DNA of 63,615 nt, counting the filler, from Nemertoderma westbladi (Eukaryota > Animalia > Xenacoelomorpha), in NCBI GenBank assembly GCA_032718475.1. It is 3 parts of 3 records of this genome, joined end to end, with 100 filler letters (N's around TTAATTAATTAA, not from the genome) between each part and the next. Parts side by side here need not be neighbours in the genome. Positions count along the whole stretch, not along the records: positions 1 to 22,596 come from JAUCBJ010003204.1; positions 22,697 to 38,769 come from JAUCBJ010005034.1; 1 more part is not named here. One strand, 5' to 3'. This document shows, one piece after another, positions 22,401 to 34,977 of this stretch. Below the pieces are notes generated by a model that had not been told where the DNA came from, did no database searches, and was given only the letters and a program-made list of their open reading frames with translations. Position 1 is the first letter of the stretch, and each line of letters opens with the position of its first letter. The position numbers and the translations under genes were made by a program.

Positions 22401-22507
22401 AGAATAAACAGCCAACCACTAATACATCGCGTTGCTCTCATCTATCTGACCATGGATATAATGAGCCTATCGCAAGCGAAACAAATTGTGACCATTTATA
22501 TTGGTAA
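19416..22507 (+). CDS. Mutator/MULE transposase (~900 aa): C2H2 fingers, WRKY/GCM-like finger, DDE core, SWIM finger; 2 exons
   Basis: Exons 19416-20103 and 20493-22507 (GT-AG, in phase, rebuilding C...C...HVGH); MDSTHGLNQYDFQL...FMSD...CVWHVDRAW; NMHLEALH; CSCPD....ICKHIH. Confidence 0.9.
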
Positions 22508-22596
22508 TTCTTCATAAATGTGTATTTATTCAGTTATGTGTATACACTTCTGAACTGCTAATATTATTAACCTTAACAAAAGTCTATTATTATCTA

Positions 22597-22696
22597 NNNN
22601 NNNNNNNNNNNNNNNNNNNNNNNNNNNNNNNNNNNNNNNNTTAATTAATTAANNNNNNNNNNNNNNNNNNNNNNNNNNNNNNNNNNNNNNNNNNNN
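22597..22696. other. Assembly linker/gap
   Basis: Exactly 100 bp: N-run, TTAATTAATTAA (stops in all six frames), N-run. Confidence 0.95.
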
Positions 22697-22830
22697 AAAC
22701 CAGAAGGTTCATATACAGTTTTAAATAGCACAACATACATAATAAGTAAGTAAATATGAGTATAAATGACACGACCCCCCCCCCCCCCCCCATTATTGTA
22801 ATCAATATTGCACGAAAAGTAACATTAAAT

Positions 22831-25677
22831 TTATGGTAAAGACACACAGAGTCGTTTGTATGTATCAAAAATAACAGAATCCGTGAGACAAGCTGACCTC
22901 ACAGTACAAATTATAATGTTATTGGATTTAAAAACACGATTATAGAGACTACACAAGGCAAACCTACGGATGTGTGTAAATGACTTCAGATTTAATGACA
23001 CTAACATTTCACTAGCACTATTCCATTGACCATTATCTAATCTAGAAAAACCAAATAGTCTCCTAACACACTGATTTAAAGCTACAGTAATTTTGTTGAT
23101 TTTGTTCGCCGAACTATATCTATCCCCCCAAAGAGCACAACAGTAAACAGATGAACAGTAAGCATTGAATAAAACACGTTTTATCTTTTTAGAGCACTTA
23201 CTAAATCGACGGATTAACATATTAGCTCGACCATAGAAAGCTCTTGTTTGAGCAGCTATGTCAAGGTCCTCACAAAAATCAGAACTGATTATGTGTCCTA
23301 AGTATTTAAATTTAGTAACTACTTCAATAATTTTCCCGTACAAATAAATATGTCCGACTTCAATATCTGGCCTATGTTTGCTACGAAAGAATACACATTT
23401 TGACTTTTTAATATTAAATTTCAAACTATTAGAATCAGCAAAAGAAACACATAGATCTATTAACACTTGCAACGCACCTGGTGTAGTTGTAATAATGCAC
23501 AAATCGTCAGCATAAATTAAGTGATTCATATTCAATCCATCAATATTACATCCAATATTACTTTGCTCCAATATAATACTCAACCGGTCTATGAAAACAT
23601 TGAAAAATATTGGTGAGCAAATTCCACCTTGAATAACCCCGTTCGAACAATTAAATACAGTTGAATACACCCCACTCCATCGAACGTACATATTAATGTT
23701 ACGATACCAAAATAAAATAACCCTAATAATATATAACGGTACTTTACGGTCCAATAGGCACTGAAAAAGTTTAGCATGATCCACATTATCAAATGCTTTA
23801 CTCGCGTCTAAAAAACAAATATATATATTTGAACCACGAACCAGAAAATAATTAACAATTTCTTTGATTGTATAGATGCACAATTCTGTCCCCATTCCCC
23901 GTTTGAACCCAAATTGATGGTCACCAGTATCAAGATAGTCTCTAACCCTATGCAAAATTATAACTTCAAATAATTTACTGAGTATTGAAGTTAGTGAAAT
24001 AGGTCTATAGTTATTTGAGTCAGTAACACTTGAGGTTTTGCACTTTACAATAGGCGATACAACTGTGTCCATCATTTTGCTGGGCATGAACCCATGAATA
24101 TTGATACTACTATATAATAAAGCTAACAGTACATACAAATAATCACAGGCAAAAATAAAGTGTTCAGAATATATACCATCTTTACCGCATGATTTATTAA
24201 GTTTAAGCTCCCCAACAGCATCAATAACATCATCTACCGTGACTATCATATCACCACTAAACTCTATACCGGTAATTTTGCTCATGACATGTTTCATAGT
24301 TAAATTATCTTTCGAGTTATCACCGGCGTTAAAAATGTTTCTATAGTGGTTTGCCCAAAAATTAGAAATATTTTCTTTGCCAATGACACCGTCTATTGTT
24401 GTCGCACCTGGCACCTTACTGTTGTTGTCCTTTTTGATATTTTTCCAAAAATCGTCAAAACCGTTAGAAGAACGAATAAAAGATTCAGCATATTTGTCAC
24501 ATTTAGATTTTTCTACATTTCGTTTTACTTCACGGAACATTCTTTTAAAACGCATTTTAGCCATGTACATTTGACGGTGGATATCACCATTGCGTGGGCT
24601 GCCTGCGCCTCGCCATATTAAAAAAGCTAACCGCGCCTGACCATGTAAGTCACTAACTGCATCATTCCAACCAGGAATTTCATTCCTCTCTCCTTCAGTT
24701 TTACTACCAGGTTTACTATGTGGGAACACATTACCAGATGCACAGTTAATGCAATCAACAATGTTGGAGTAAAATTCTGATAACTCATCACAATGTTTTT
24801 TACATTTTGCGTTCTTACAATTTAAAGCATCCGACGGAAGTCTAATATTACGCAATTGCTGCTCCAAGTTAGATTTATAATTGTCTATCATTTCCGGAGT
24901 CACTTTATCCCACAAGGGGCGACTACTTTTAGTCATAGACTCAGTACTATTCGCATTAGAGTTACCAGTATTATATCCACTGTTACTGCTACAATTAATA
25001 TCTACTATAACTGGGATGTGGTCTTCAAAGGATAGTTCATTCCCAGTTGTAATATTTTCTACCGACATTTTTAAACTCTCTGAACAAACTACATGATCAA
25101 GCCAAGACTTAGAACTGTAAGTAGGATTAACATACGTATAAGTATCTGGAGATAGCATAATTGTATCTATAATATATAAATTATTATCAGCACAAAAATC
25201 AGATAAATCTTTATAAAAGGAGCGATGTGGATCTGCATTAAAATCGCCAATTATACAAACTTGCGTAGTATCAAGTAGCTGAACAGCAGCTGATATTTTA
25301 CCAAGATAAAACAAATAATCATCGTGATTTTCAGTACACTCGTAAGGCAAATATACGTTAATAAAAGATATACCATTAACACAAAAGACAATTATCCTAG
25401 GATCAGAATCATCTATTATTTTAAGTTGCAAAGACTTACGCCACAAAATACCCAGGCCACCAAAAGGGCGACCAACTAAAATTTGTGATGTTAAATCAAC
25501 AGGCGAGGTACCGTAAGAATAAAACTCATTGGATATTAACCCAAGATAACCCACCTCCTGCTTGGGAAGTAAATGTTCCTGCAGACATATGACGTCGCTA
25601 GACTTAATTAGCTCGTTCAGCACATAACTACTACTGGCGGTTCTCACTGAGTTGCAGTTATAAGAACTTACCCTCAT
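22831..25677 (-). CDS. Non-LTR retrotransposon ORF2 (APE endonuclease + RT), intact; clade uncertain (Proto2/RTEX-like)
   Basis: SYNCN, CLQEH, GRPFGG, GDFNA, WLDH, DHIP (APE); NYRPISL, QFGFK, DASKAFD, GVIQGG, YADD, KYLG (RT); 948 aa uninterrupted. Confidence 0.93.
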   Translation of the reverse strand: MRVSSYNCNSVRTASSSYVLNELIKSSDVICLQEHLLPKQEVGYLGLISNEFYSYGTSPVDLTSQILVGRPFGGLGILWRKSLQLKIIDDSDPRIIVFCVNGISFINVYLPYECTENHDDYLFYLGKISAAVQLLDTTQVCIIGDFNADPHRSFYKDLSDFCADNNLYIIDTIMLSPDTYTYVNPTYSSKSWLDHVVCSESLKMSVENITTGNELSFEDHIPVIVDINCSSNSGYNTGNSNANSTESMTKSSRPLWDKVTPEMIDNYKSNLEQQLRNIRLPSDALNCKNAKCKKHCDELSEFYSNIVDCINCASGNVFPHSKPGSKTEGERNEIPGWNDAVSDLHGQARLAFLIWRGAGSPRNGDIHRQMYMAKMRFKRMFREVKRNVEKSKCDKYAESFIRSSNGFDDFWKNIKKDNNSKVPGATTIDGVIGKENISNFWANHYRNIFNAGDNSKDNLTMKHVMSKITGIEFSGDMIVTVDDVIDAVGELKLNKSCGKDGIYSEHFIFACDYLYVLLALLYSSINIHGFMPSKMMDTVVSPIVKCKTSSVTDSNNYRPISLTSILSKLFEVIILHRVRDYLDTGDHQFGFKRGMGTELCIYTIKEIVNYFLVRGSNIYICFLDASKAFDNVDHAKLFQCLLDRKVPLYIIRVILFWYRNINMYVRWSGVYSTVFNCSNGVIQGGICSPIFFNVFIDRLSIILEQSNIGCNIDGLNMNHLIYADDLCIITTTPGALQVLIDLCVSFADSNSLKFNIKKSKCVFFRSKHRPDIEVGHIYLYGKIIEVVTKFKYLGHIISSDFCEDLDIAAQTRAFYGRANMLIRRFSKCSKKIKRVLFNAYCSSVYCCALWGDRYSSANKINKITVALNQCVRRLFGFSRLDNGQWNSASEMLVSLNLKSFTHIRRFALCSLYNRVFKSNNIIICTVRSACLTDSVIFDTYKRLCVSLP

Positions 25678-25729
25678 TTACAATCAAAGTTCTGAAGTTC
25701 AAAATATGATAGTAGACCTAGGTTTAGTC

Positions 25730-26743
25730 CTATTCCCATCGCTCGAACCATTCACTAACGACAATGCCGTTAGGCCAGCGATCAGCATCTGATTGGGACA
25801 TCTTGTTGACGTCGCCACGCTGACCAATCACCAGATATGATTTATACCGGGACCTCTCTGATCGAGATGATAGTTCTTTACATTCGCAGTCGACTCCAAA
25901 AGAATCCTTTATAAACTTCTCCAGAAGTTCCGCTGTCACTGAAAGATCAAGACGAGATACGAATAATTTCGCCTTTGGTATTACCGCACGGATAGAACTA
26001 TTACCAATGGAGGCATTCGACCCAGTTCCAATAAGTGCAATTGGCAAGGACTTCATTCTCGCATATTGCGCTCGACCAGCTGTTGTCGAGCCAGGTACAG
26101 CCGCCACAGGGAGGCTTGCGAAGGATACCGATCTTTCCTCAGAGCTCCTATACCCACTACCAATCGACAGATTCGCTCCACCCGATCGGTCAGTGTAGTC
26201 GCTCCGGTCCAAGTTTACTGTAGAGTGCTCATGATAGGGGACCGATACCGGTACCGGCAGTATGCTGGATGGCCTCCCACTAGCTACAGCGGCGTAAGGT
26301 GTTGGTGTTGCTGTGGCCCTAGATTCAATGATAGCCATGCGGTTTTTCACGGCTGCCATGTCGGAAACTAATGTCGATAAAACGGTGGACGGTGGACTAG
26401 TCGGAGGTAGTACCGAGAAATCTTCAACAACAAACGAAGGCTTCTCAGATAACCCCCTGAAGGCCGATCCTTCAAGCAGATTAATTATATCAAGCAGCAG
26501 GCGTTTCCGTTTACCGTCGCCTGAATGTTTCGAACTAAACTTTTTTATAGATTCTCTATCCTGCACTAGAATATCCAGTAGTATATTCCGCGCACTTTCG
26601 ATTTCATGAGTAGTAAAAGCAGGCCAACACAGTTGCGTGTCAACAATGTCATCATGTGGTAAACCACGATACAAACGTTGGTAAGAGAAACACAGAATTG
26701 GATTGACAATAAATTTAACAGAATCAGACATGGTGCGGTACAA
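25730..26743 (-). CDS. Non-LTR retrotransposon ORF1 with C-terminal RRM-like domain
   Basis: IVNPILCF...EI..AR..L...DII..L...P.FVVEDFSVLPP N-domain and LFVSRL...YKSY...WPNGIVVSEW; 52 bp upstream of ORF2. Confidence 0.85.
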   Translation of the reverse strand: MYRTMSDSVKFIVNPILCFSYQRLYRGLPHDDIVDTQLCWPAFTTHEIESARNILLDILVQDRESIKKFSSKHSGDGKRKRLLLDIINLLEGSAFRGLSEKPSFVVEDFSVLPPTSPPSTVLSTLVSDMAAVKNRMAIIESRATATPTPYAAVASGRPSSILPVPVSVPYHEHSTVNLDRSDYTDRSGGANLSIGSGYRSSEERSVSFASLPVAAVPGSTTAGRAQYARMKSLPIALIGTGSNASIGNSSIRAVIPKAKLFVSRLDLSVTAELLEKFIKDSFGVDCECKELSSRSERSRYKSYLVIGQRGDVNKMSQSDADRWPNGIVVSEWFERWE

Positions 26744-27114
26744 CAGCAGTAGTAGTAGTAGTACCGGTACAACCTGTATGGTCTCAACGTTTCAACATAT
26801 TCACCTCCTTACTGATTTTAGGTTCACCCACATCAGCCAATTCAGAATTTTTTGTAAAGTCTGTGTTTAGACATTTTTGAAATAGCAGTAATTCTGTTGC
26901 TAAACTAGTTTCGAAGTCGCCGGGATAACTTTGGCTGAGACGTTCCGATTCTGTTTCTAAGTGACATAAATATCCAAACTTTATTTGGCGGTTGGCGTTT
27001 TCTCAACTATCGAATTTTTTAATTACATTAACATTAATTACCATTAAACAAGTTTTAGAAATTCACAGGGCCGCTGTTTGAGCTACAGCCCGCAAGGCAC
27101 AGAAGTTACAGTAG

Positions 27115-27470
27115 ATATGGATTTGACTTTATCTGGGTCAGCGTCGGTTCCCTCTTTTGACTATGTACCTAGCGAACTTGATTATAGATTGAGCAAATTT
27201 GTGAATTTAACAGGGTTTAATGTTATTCCTGTTGTTTGACAACAGTTTTTTTTATTTGTGACGACATCTCATTCATAGCTAAATCACCATGACAGTTGTA
27301 GCTATCACCAGATATAAAATAAAACCCATGGCTGCCCGACAATAGCGAAAGCGACCCCATGTAGTTATGAATGTTGTATAGTCACGTGATCCTTCATCTA
27401 GTTCCACCTGCCTGGCATCTAGAACTGTGAATATGGAAACATTAGGAAGTTTATCAGAGACTAATGTCAT
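27115..27470 (-). pseudogene. Decayed Ty3/gypsy RT fragment
   Basis: IFTVLDA..QVELDEGSRDYTTFITTWGRFRYCRAAMGF, then GITLNPVK and ADPDKVK with deletions. Confidence 0.8.
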
Positions 27471-28291
27471 AATATGATGATCTAGAAGTATGAACTATAC
27501 GCTTATTAATTATCAGCTATTAATAAAAATGCCACAAACTGTAAATTGATGTATTAGGCCTATTGTAGAAAATGCCACAATTCCTAAAAATATGCACTGT
27601 AATATAATAATTGCTTAATAATAATTTGACTTAAAAATAAAATTTACTAAAAAATGATTTTAATTTTAATTATAATTGATTTTAATTATTGATTACATGA
27701 ATAATACTTCAGTATAAAATGCCACAACAAATTACTGTAAAGTAATTCCCAACATAATTATATTGTAAGTTAGTCCTATATTTTGTCCCACTGTGTAATT
27801 ATTTTCCCTACGTGTAGTGTAAACTAATCCATGTAAATTTATTTACATATATATATTATTATACATATTTTACATAACGTACTGTTTCTATACGCCATGA
27901 TTCCATCTACTGGTAATATTTTACAAAATCAAAAATCAGTTTCAGGATTTTACTAACCGTTTGCTACACGTATACTGGACATACATACATACCAGTAATA
28001 CATATTATTTACTTTCAGTTTGACCTTTCCAGTAATTGGTTTTTCTATTGATTTGTACAGGTGCGATAAGCATTTAGCTTTCTTTATTTACCCTCAACTA
28101 TTAAACATTATTTAAAAAGTACGAAATTAACTAAAAATTATAATTAATACATGGAACAAGTCAATTCCAACTAAACCTATGGGAACAATTGCAATTTTAA
28201 TTTCCCGTTCGCGTCATCCCGCTTCATTGCCATCGACCAACGACTACATGTTGGGGGTGTTTCCAGACCGAGACCGTGTCTTATCCACCAC

Positions 28292-28845
28292 TAGATAGAT
28301 AGATAGATTTATTTATACATTATGTAAAAACAATAACAAATACACCAAACAATGTACCGGTATAAAGGTATTGTCCAACATAACATATAGGATTACCCCT
28401 AAAGCTTTGCAGCTTATTTCCAAGGGGGTCCTTTATGTTACTTGGTTACAAATACAATATTACACTACGCTAACATAAAACCAATATAAAACGTAATTAC
28501 ACTATGTACATGTACAACTTTACCGAGAGCGTGACAATGTCCGACTCAACGATAAAGATGTAATGTACAGAACAATTTATTATAAAACGTAATTACAGTA
28601 TAAATAGTAAATAATTAATAAACTAATAACTTACTGTAGGACTATTGTACCTATTTTTACATTGCACACGGAGATGAGATTTAACTGCAGATTTAAAAAA
28701 ATGTTGATTATCTACGTTTTTAATTTCATTAGGCAGAGCGTTCCAATTTTTAATACCGTTAAAAAAGATTCAAAGGATTTACAATTCGGGAGGTAGAAGT
28801 TTGAAGCACTAGCTCTGGTACTGTAAGAGTGTGTATCGCGTACTC
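28292..28845 (-). mobile_element. 5'-truncated L2/Crack-type LINE 3' end
   Basis: HSYSTR...P...GIKNWNALPNEIK...FKSAVKSHL C-terminus; 3' UTR GGACCCC.TGGAAATAAG; AATAAA followed by (TCTA)n tail. Confidence 0.7.
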
Positions 28846-30826
28846 TAGGTCGTCGTCTCTACCACTGAAAGACGGCTGCAGATGACGTACGCCAAAGCTC
28901 TGCTAATCGTAAATCATTCAGGCACTTAAACTGGCATTCTTCCTCTCCTCCCCCCAGTGCCGCCGGTACAATTGAACATGGCCATTTAAAATATTATTTG
29001 ACTATTAGTTGATTGCCTACTTAGAGTGCAGTAGGTACCGGTAGTGCACATGGGTCAGAGAGTGTCTGTGTGAAATTTGAGACAAATCGGTCCAAATGGT
29101 CAAAAAATGGCCACTGGGAAAAGCTGTGCTTCAATTGTGATAGAACCCCCTTCAATTGCATGCAGTTCCTCTTTGGTTTCGTTGACGATGTGGTTGTGTG
29201 CATCAATATTGGAGCACTTTTTACTTTGATACACAATCCATTTTAATGTATATCGTATATCAATTTAACTCATTAAAGAATAATTAATAATAATAATACT
29301 GTGCAATATGTAATATCGATCTATGTTTGTTTTTTACCTTGTCACCGCTTTCTGAATTTTAGTAACGAAATGAAATGAAATATCGATTTGGATTACAAAC
29401 TCATTAAAAACCACTCAAAGTTTTCAAAAATGTTTTAAGCCGCAGCCCTACTGTTCGAAAACCCTAAGTAATTCACTGTAGTAAAAATTAATAGCTCATC
29501 TTGTTTCGTATATATAGATAGAACTAGTCAGGGTTGGGATTATTATTTTCAGAATTGACAAATATCTCGACGATTTAGGAAGATGGATTTTACCAGTCTT
29601 GTGGGCCTTTTCCTCTTATCAGGTAGGAAATTACATTTATCTGATTAACTATTCCATTATTAAGGCTTAAAGATATTATAAAAATTTAGAGTTTAAATTT
29701 TAATGTTGTTGCACATCTTAGAAGAAGCTGCCCCCCAATGTTGGTATATTTGTTAATAGCAAAAAGAACTCGTGACGAAACTTAGGCATATTCCTTCTCT
29801 GGAAGGGAAGGAAATGTAGGTGTAATTGCCGAAAATTGCTGAAAAGGGAAAGCATGGAAACTTCCAAAACAAACCCCGCTATTATTATAATGGCATTGAA
29901 ATAATAATATATTGAATTTTTATTATTATTGGTCAATATTTTAAGATTAATTTTCCGAAAACTATTTGATGTTGCCTCGATTGCAGAATAGAAAATGTAG
30001 ATTTTGTTACGGAGAATTGAATAACTATTTACATCATTGTGTGCAAAGTAGCACTTTGCAGCGTTATGACCCAAGTTTATTTATGTACCGAGCAAGCGCA
30101 GCGAGGGAAGTTTACATAAATAAACAAGGGTCTTTAACGCTGAAAAGTGACCTTTGCAAGCAATGATGTATGTAATTTTGTTACATGATGTCAACTTATG
30201 AGCGTTCGATATGTGAAAAAATGATTTTATGGATGCTCATTTGAACATTTTAAGCATGTACTATTTCTAATATTAGTGAAAATTCTTAACAGGTACTAGT
30301 ACTATACATTTTTATATCTAATTAAAGTTTATTGGAAGTTATCTCCTTCATGGATGTGATAAATCTTTGATCCATCGTCGACTGAAGCAAACTTAGTCAC
30401 CGTTCAGTGACCGTACACTGTCGCCATTTTCTTTGGTCATTTTCTCTAAAATGTATTCTATAAGACGTATGGAACACAGTCACATTATTTACATACATTA
30501 GCCATAGTTAGTCATGGAACACAGTCACATTATTTACATACATTAGCCATAGTTAGTCCCTGTAGTCACTGTAGTGAGTACGATACAAAAATCACCATAA
30601 AGATGCCAAGGTATCACTTTCGCATTGGGTGGGGTAATTTAGATAATTAGTTAGGGTATTCTCTTTATTAAACACATTATCAAATAAGGTTCACTTGCAT
30701 CAAGTAATACAATGGAAATATTGGCACCCCTCCACCAACTGACAGTCTCTGAACAAGGACAGTACTCTGTTAATCTACAAGAGCCAATATATCAACAGGT
30801 TGATATATTGGAGATAAACCAACAGG

Positions 30827-32378
30827 TTATGCAATCGGCGGCAGCAGGCAATCATCCCAGGCATGGAAATCGATCGACTTGCTGACTGGGCGGAAAAGCC
30901 AATCAACCACCAAGGTTAATGCAGATTCACCAGCCGATCGCCTCAATAGTTGGAAGGCCCACTTTGAAAAGCACCTCAATAATGACAGGGTATTGCCTGA
31001 TAACTTTATAAAAGTAAAGGTGTCAGAGTCATTACTCCCAGATATTCCCATTGGCGATATCTCCTTTGCTGAAGTGAAGGCTGCTACAAAGAGCATTAAG
31101 ACCAATCGTGCCAGTGGAGTAGATGGTGTCCCCCATTAGGTCTTTAAAATACCTGAGTGTTTAAAGGTCATCTATCCCATCATAGTAGACATGTACAGAA
31201 CAACAAGAGTCCCACAAGAAATGAAAACAAATAAGTTGGTGCCAGTTCCCAAGAAGGGCAACCTAACACTCAATGGTTCTTTTCGGTGAATCTCATTGAT
31301 CTCGATTGCTGCAAAGATATACAATAAAATTATATTAAATCGCATCAGAATGGGTTCCATAAAGGTCGTGGGACAATGGAGTACATTTTGGCACTTAGAA
31401 GGATAATTGAAGAGTTATAAAAAAAAATATAGACAAACATCTGGTAATTATCTTTGTTGACCAGTCGAGTCTTTTAAGGCCATTGATTCAGTCTCTCGCT
31501 CACGAATGTTCAGCATACTTGCATTATATGGGATTCCTGATAAAATCATTGCAGCAATCAGATCAGTATACAAGGGTTCGACAACATTTGTGTCTACTGT
31601 TGACGGTGACACATAACCATTTGATTTGTTATGGGGAGTCTTCCAGGGAGACACACTTGCACCATTCTCGTTCATAATTGTGGTTGACTATATTCTACGC
31701 CTGCCCTTAGATCATCATAATGATGATGGGGTGATGGTAACTCCACCTTCTGGCTCCAGAAGTCGAGGAAATCCTGCCAAGTACCTAACTGATCTAGACT
31801 TTGCTGATGACTTAGGAGTACTCTCAGAATCTCAAAGCTTGGTATGCTTGAGCATGTGGACGACTTCTGTTACCTGGGATCATGGATCTGGAAGTCAGGT
31901 GAGGACCTTCGAGTAAGTAAGGGAAAGGCATGGGCAGCCTTGAATAGGCTTTCCAGGATTTGGTAGTCATATAGAATTAATTGGAAACCTATGGTCCGAT
32001 TATTTAGAGCAGCATTAGTTCCAGTACTCCTCTATGGGAGTCCATACTGGTCTCTAACTGCCGAGGACACAAAATCTCTGGACGGCACATTCACAAGAAT
32101 ACTACACCGTGTTCACTGTGTCAAGTACAATGCACACATCTCTAACCAGACAGTATATAACATTGAAGGTGTCTCATTGGTTCCCCAAGCTTGACACTAG
32201 AACAAAGCCGCCTCTGCTTTGCAAGACATTGCTTTCACTGTGAGGACCAGCCAGTGCAAATATTGTGCTTTGGCAGCCTCATGGAGTGAATAAGCATGGT
32301 GGACAGCCCATGACTTTCTTGAGATGCATCTTAATGGACACTGGCCTTGAAGATGCGGATGATCTAGCAAATGTGATG
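30827..32378 (+). pseudogene. Decayed RTE-clade LINE RT
   Basis: WKAHFEKHLN, RASGVDG, VPVPKKG, ISLISIAAKIYNK, GVFQGDTLAP, LDFADDL, LLYGS..W; many stops and frameshifts; interrupted near its C-terminus by a solo LTR. Confidence 0.85.
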
Positions 32379-33020
32379 TGTGACGGGATTGAGTTCAATT
32401 ATCCCAACCAGATAAGGTTGTATGCGTCACTTCGCTGCTGGGCTGCTGGACTAATATCTTTGGCCGAAGGCCGTCGGGAAAATAACAGAGTTTGTGTTTC
32501 TCGGTGTTAATGTTCCAATGATAATAGCACAGTATGTATAACAAATAATAGTAGAAATTGCAACACAGAATGATGACAGCAGTATATGAAATGATGGTCG
32601 AAACTATTGCCGGTCCCTAACTGTGTGATTAATGAACTGACCGGTAAATCAGTAATCAGAGTAGCTATATGATTGATACACATGTACATATTGGTTTCAC
32701 CTCTATGCTACTGTGGCCTCTGCTACCTAATGGATGCTCTGCTGTTCTTCCCCCACGTGCTCCCCTGTCCGCTATTGGCTTATATACTAATTGTCACTTT
32801 GGCACTCCCTGTAGGTGTTACCCCCTGCTGCTAACCTCCACTAGCTGGGTTCTCCCTCTGAGGTGGTTTGACCTCTCACCTCTCTCTGTGGCTTTAGGGC
32901 CTGTGCCCCCCCCCCCCCCGAGTTGGTTATGAGGTGAGATTAATTATTGGTAATCTCGCATCGCCAACTATATGGTCCCATTTTCGGGTGGGTAATGTAA
33001 GGGAATTGAATCCGCTTACA
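32379..33020. mobile_element. Solo LTR of a sister subfamily of the 2770-15338 element
   Basis: TGTGACGGGAT...AATCCGCTTACA termini, colinear similarity to the LTRs above, 5-bp TSD TGATG on both sides. Confidence 0.92.
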
Positions 33021-33313
33021 TGATGGGTGATAGGGAGTTGGGACAGCGCAAAATCTGTTACCACCCCATTCCTGTTACCCCTGTCACACTTAGTGATTCC
33101 TTTCACCCCCCCCCCCCCCCCCACATATTAGATATTATTTGATAGATAAACTAGATAGGAAAAAATATATATTTTATAGGCCTATACAATATATATTGTT
33201 AACAACATCATTTGTTGTTTTAGTTAGGGATAGCCATCTCTGTAACCTGCTCCTTTCCATCAATTGGTAGCAACATCATTTATTGTTTTGGTTATCGCAA
33301 ATAAGTGCAGAAC

Positions 33314-33448
33314 CATGTTAATCACAGGAAAAACTTTGAGAAAATGTCAGTTGAGGGTTCTGTTGTTGACATCGAAGAGCAACCGAAGAAAAGAGACACA
33401 GTTGACCCGGATATGATACCCAAAATATGGCAACCCAGAATAGAATAG
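33314..33448 (+). pseudogene. Diverged duplicate of the metalloprotease pro-region exon
   Basis: HRKNFEKMSVEGSVVDIEEQPKKRDTVDPDMIPK* aligns with YRKKFDKMIMDGSANMVNQPEKRDRVDPETLPK (~35140-35240). Confidence 0.65.
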
Positions 33449-34977
33449 GCCTACGTCTATTCGGTCAGATAACTCATTGGTAGCTGCCCCCATGAACAAG
33501 AGGCAATCTCGAAGAACTACACCATGAAGTCCCAACTGACCCTGATATCATATAAATATTGTTTATAATTAAGCGATGCAAGCACTGTAAATCAGCACAA
33601 TAAAGCTCTGCAATTATTTCTTCTTGTTAATAATGTGCTGCGTGTGGAAAATAAACTACAACCTGTGACAGTACAGTGCTTCATGATGGTTGTGCACTGT
33701 TAGCAAATCCAATCCGCTGCACCACCCAGTGAGAAAATGGGGAATCGTGATTTACGATTAAGTATGCAATATTATCAAACATAATATTGCATACCAGAAG
33801 GGAAAGGGCAATATAGTGCCAGTTGGAGATAGATTGCAACATATCTAAGGGGGAAGCCAGGATAGGGCCAGGGGAGATAGGGAATGGCCAGAGGTTAAAC
33901 CAACCAATGGTGGAGCGGCACACCATTAATTAGCGCACATCTATTGGTAGGTCAAGAGGGTAGAGGTGAAACCTTCTAAGCAATATAACCGTTACTCGAT
34001 GTTAATTATAGTTCAGTTGGCTATTAATCAGTGTAGAAATCAAACAGTTTAAACCGTCGTCGTTACATTGTGCTATACTGATTGTGCTGTATTATACCGG
34101 TACTTATATATCAGACATTATCATAAGCGATAAACAAACTCTGTTATTTAAACAGCCTTTGGCCTTCAGTCTATTCCATCACACTGGGCGGACGCAGCGA
34201 TGCATATACACACGAGACAAACACCAGTCGGGATCCTCAGCCAACTCGGATCCCGTCACATGCACTGCCCTATCCTGCTCACATCCATCTTTATTATCCT
34301 ATCCTTGTCCTGTGAAACGAGATCCAACAAGTTTTGGACAGTATGTCCAAGACCCATGATTGTTCTGTTACCCATTGCTTTGATACTAAACATGTAAATG
34401 CATAGCACTTCGTTCTCTTTTTCATTACCAATTGTTTCCGTCAAATGAATTACCTTTTTGCGCAGGCCATTAATTAACAGGTCAATTTTGTTTAAAACTT
34501 TGTATAATAATATAAATATATGATTGTGGAGTGTCTGGCAGCACGCAAACTTGAGCTAGTTAAAAACAAGTTCGATTTGATCTGGAGTCAAAAGTTCGAG
34601 AGGTATTTTGCCCGTAACTTTCAAAAATATTGGAACTTTTTCTCTACTATGCGCCCTATTTACTAATTATAATTGTGCGCTAAGGCTAACCCTGACTGCG
34701 TGGCTCGCCCCACAATAAAACTAAATGCAGTAAATGTTCTTCATTTTAAGAACATTTTAAGGAACATAAATTGACACGTTCATGGGAAGTAGCGCAGCAC
34801 ACGAACATGTTCGATTTGATCTTGAGTCTTGCCCTGACTGCATGGCTTGCCCCACAGTATTAAGTATTGCATCGATCAATAACCGGATCAATTGCCGTAA
34901 ATACTCTTCATTTTAAGACCATTTTAAGGTACATAAACTGACAGTATTAAGTAATGAAACGCCTCTCTGTGTTTCAG

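Noticed and set aside
22641-22652. TTAATTAATTAA as a biological motif (also 38814-38825)
   Set aside because: Artificial six-frame-stop linker inside N runs.
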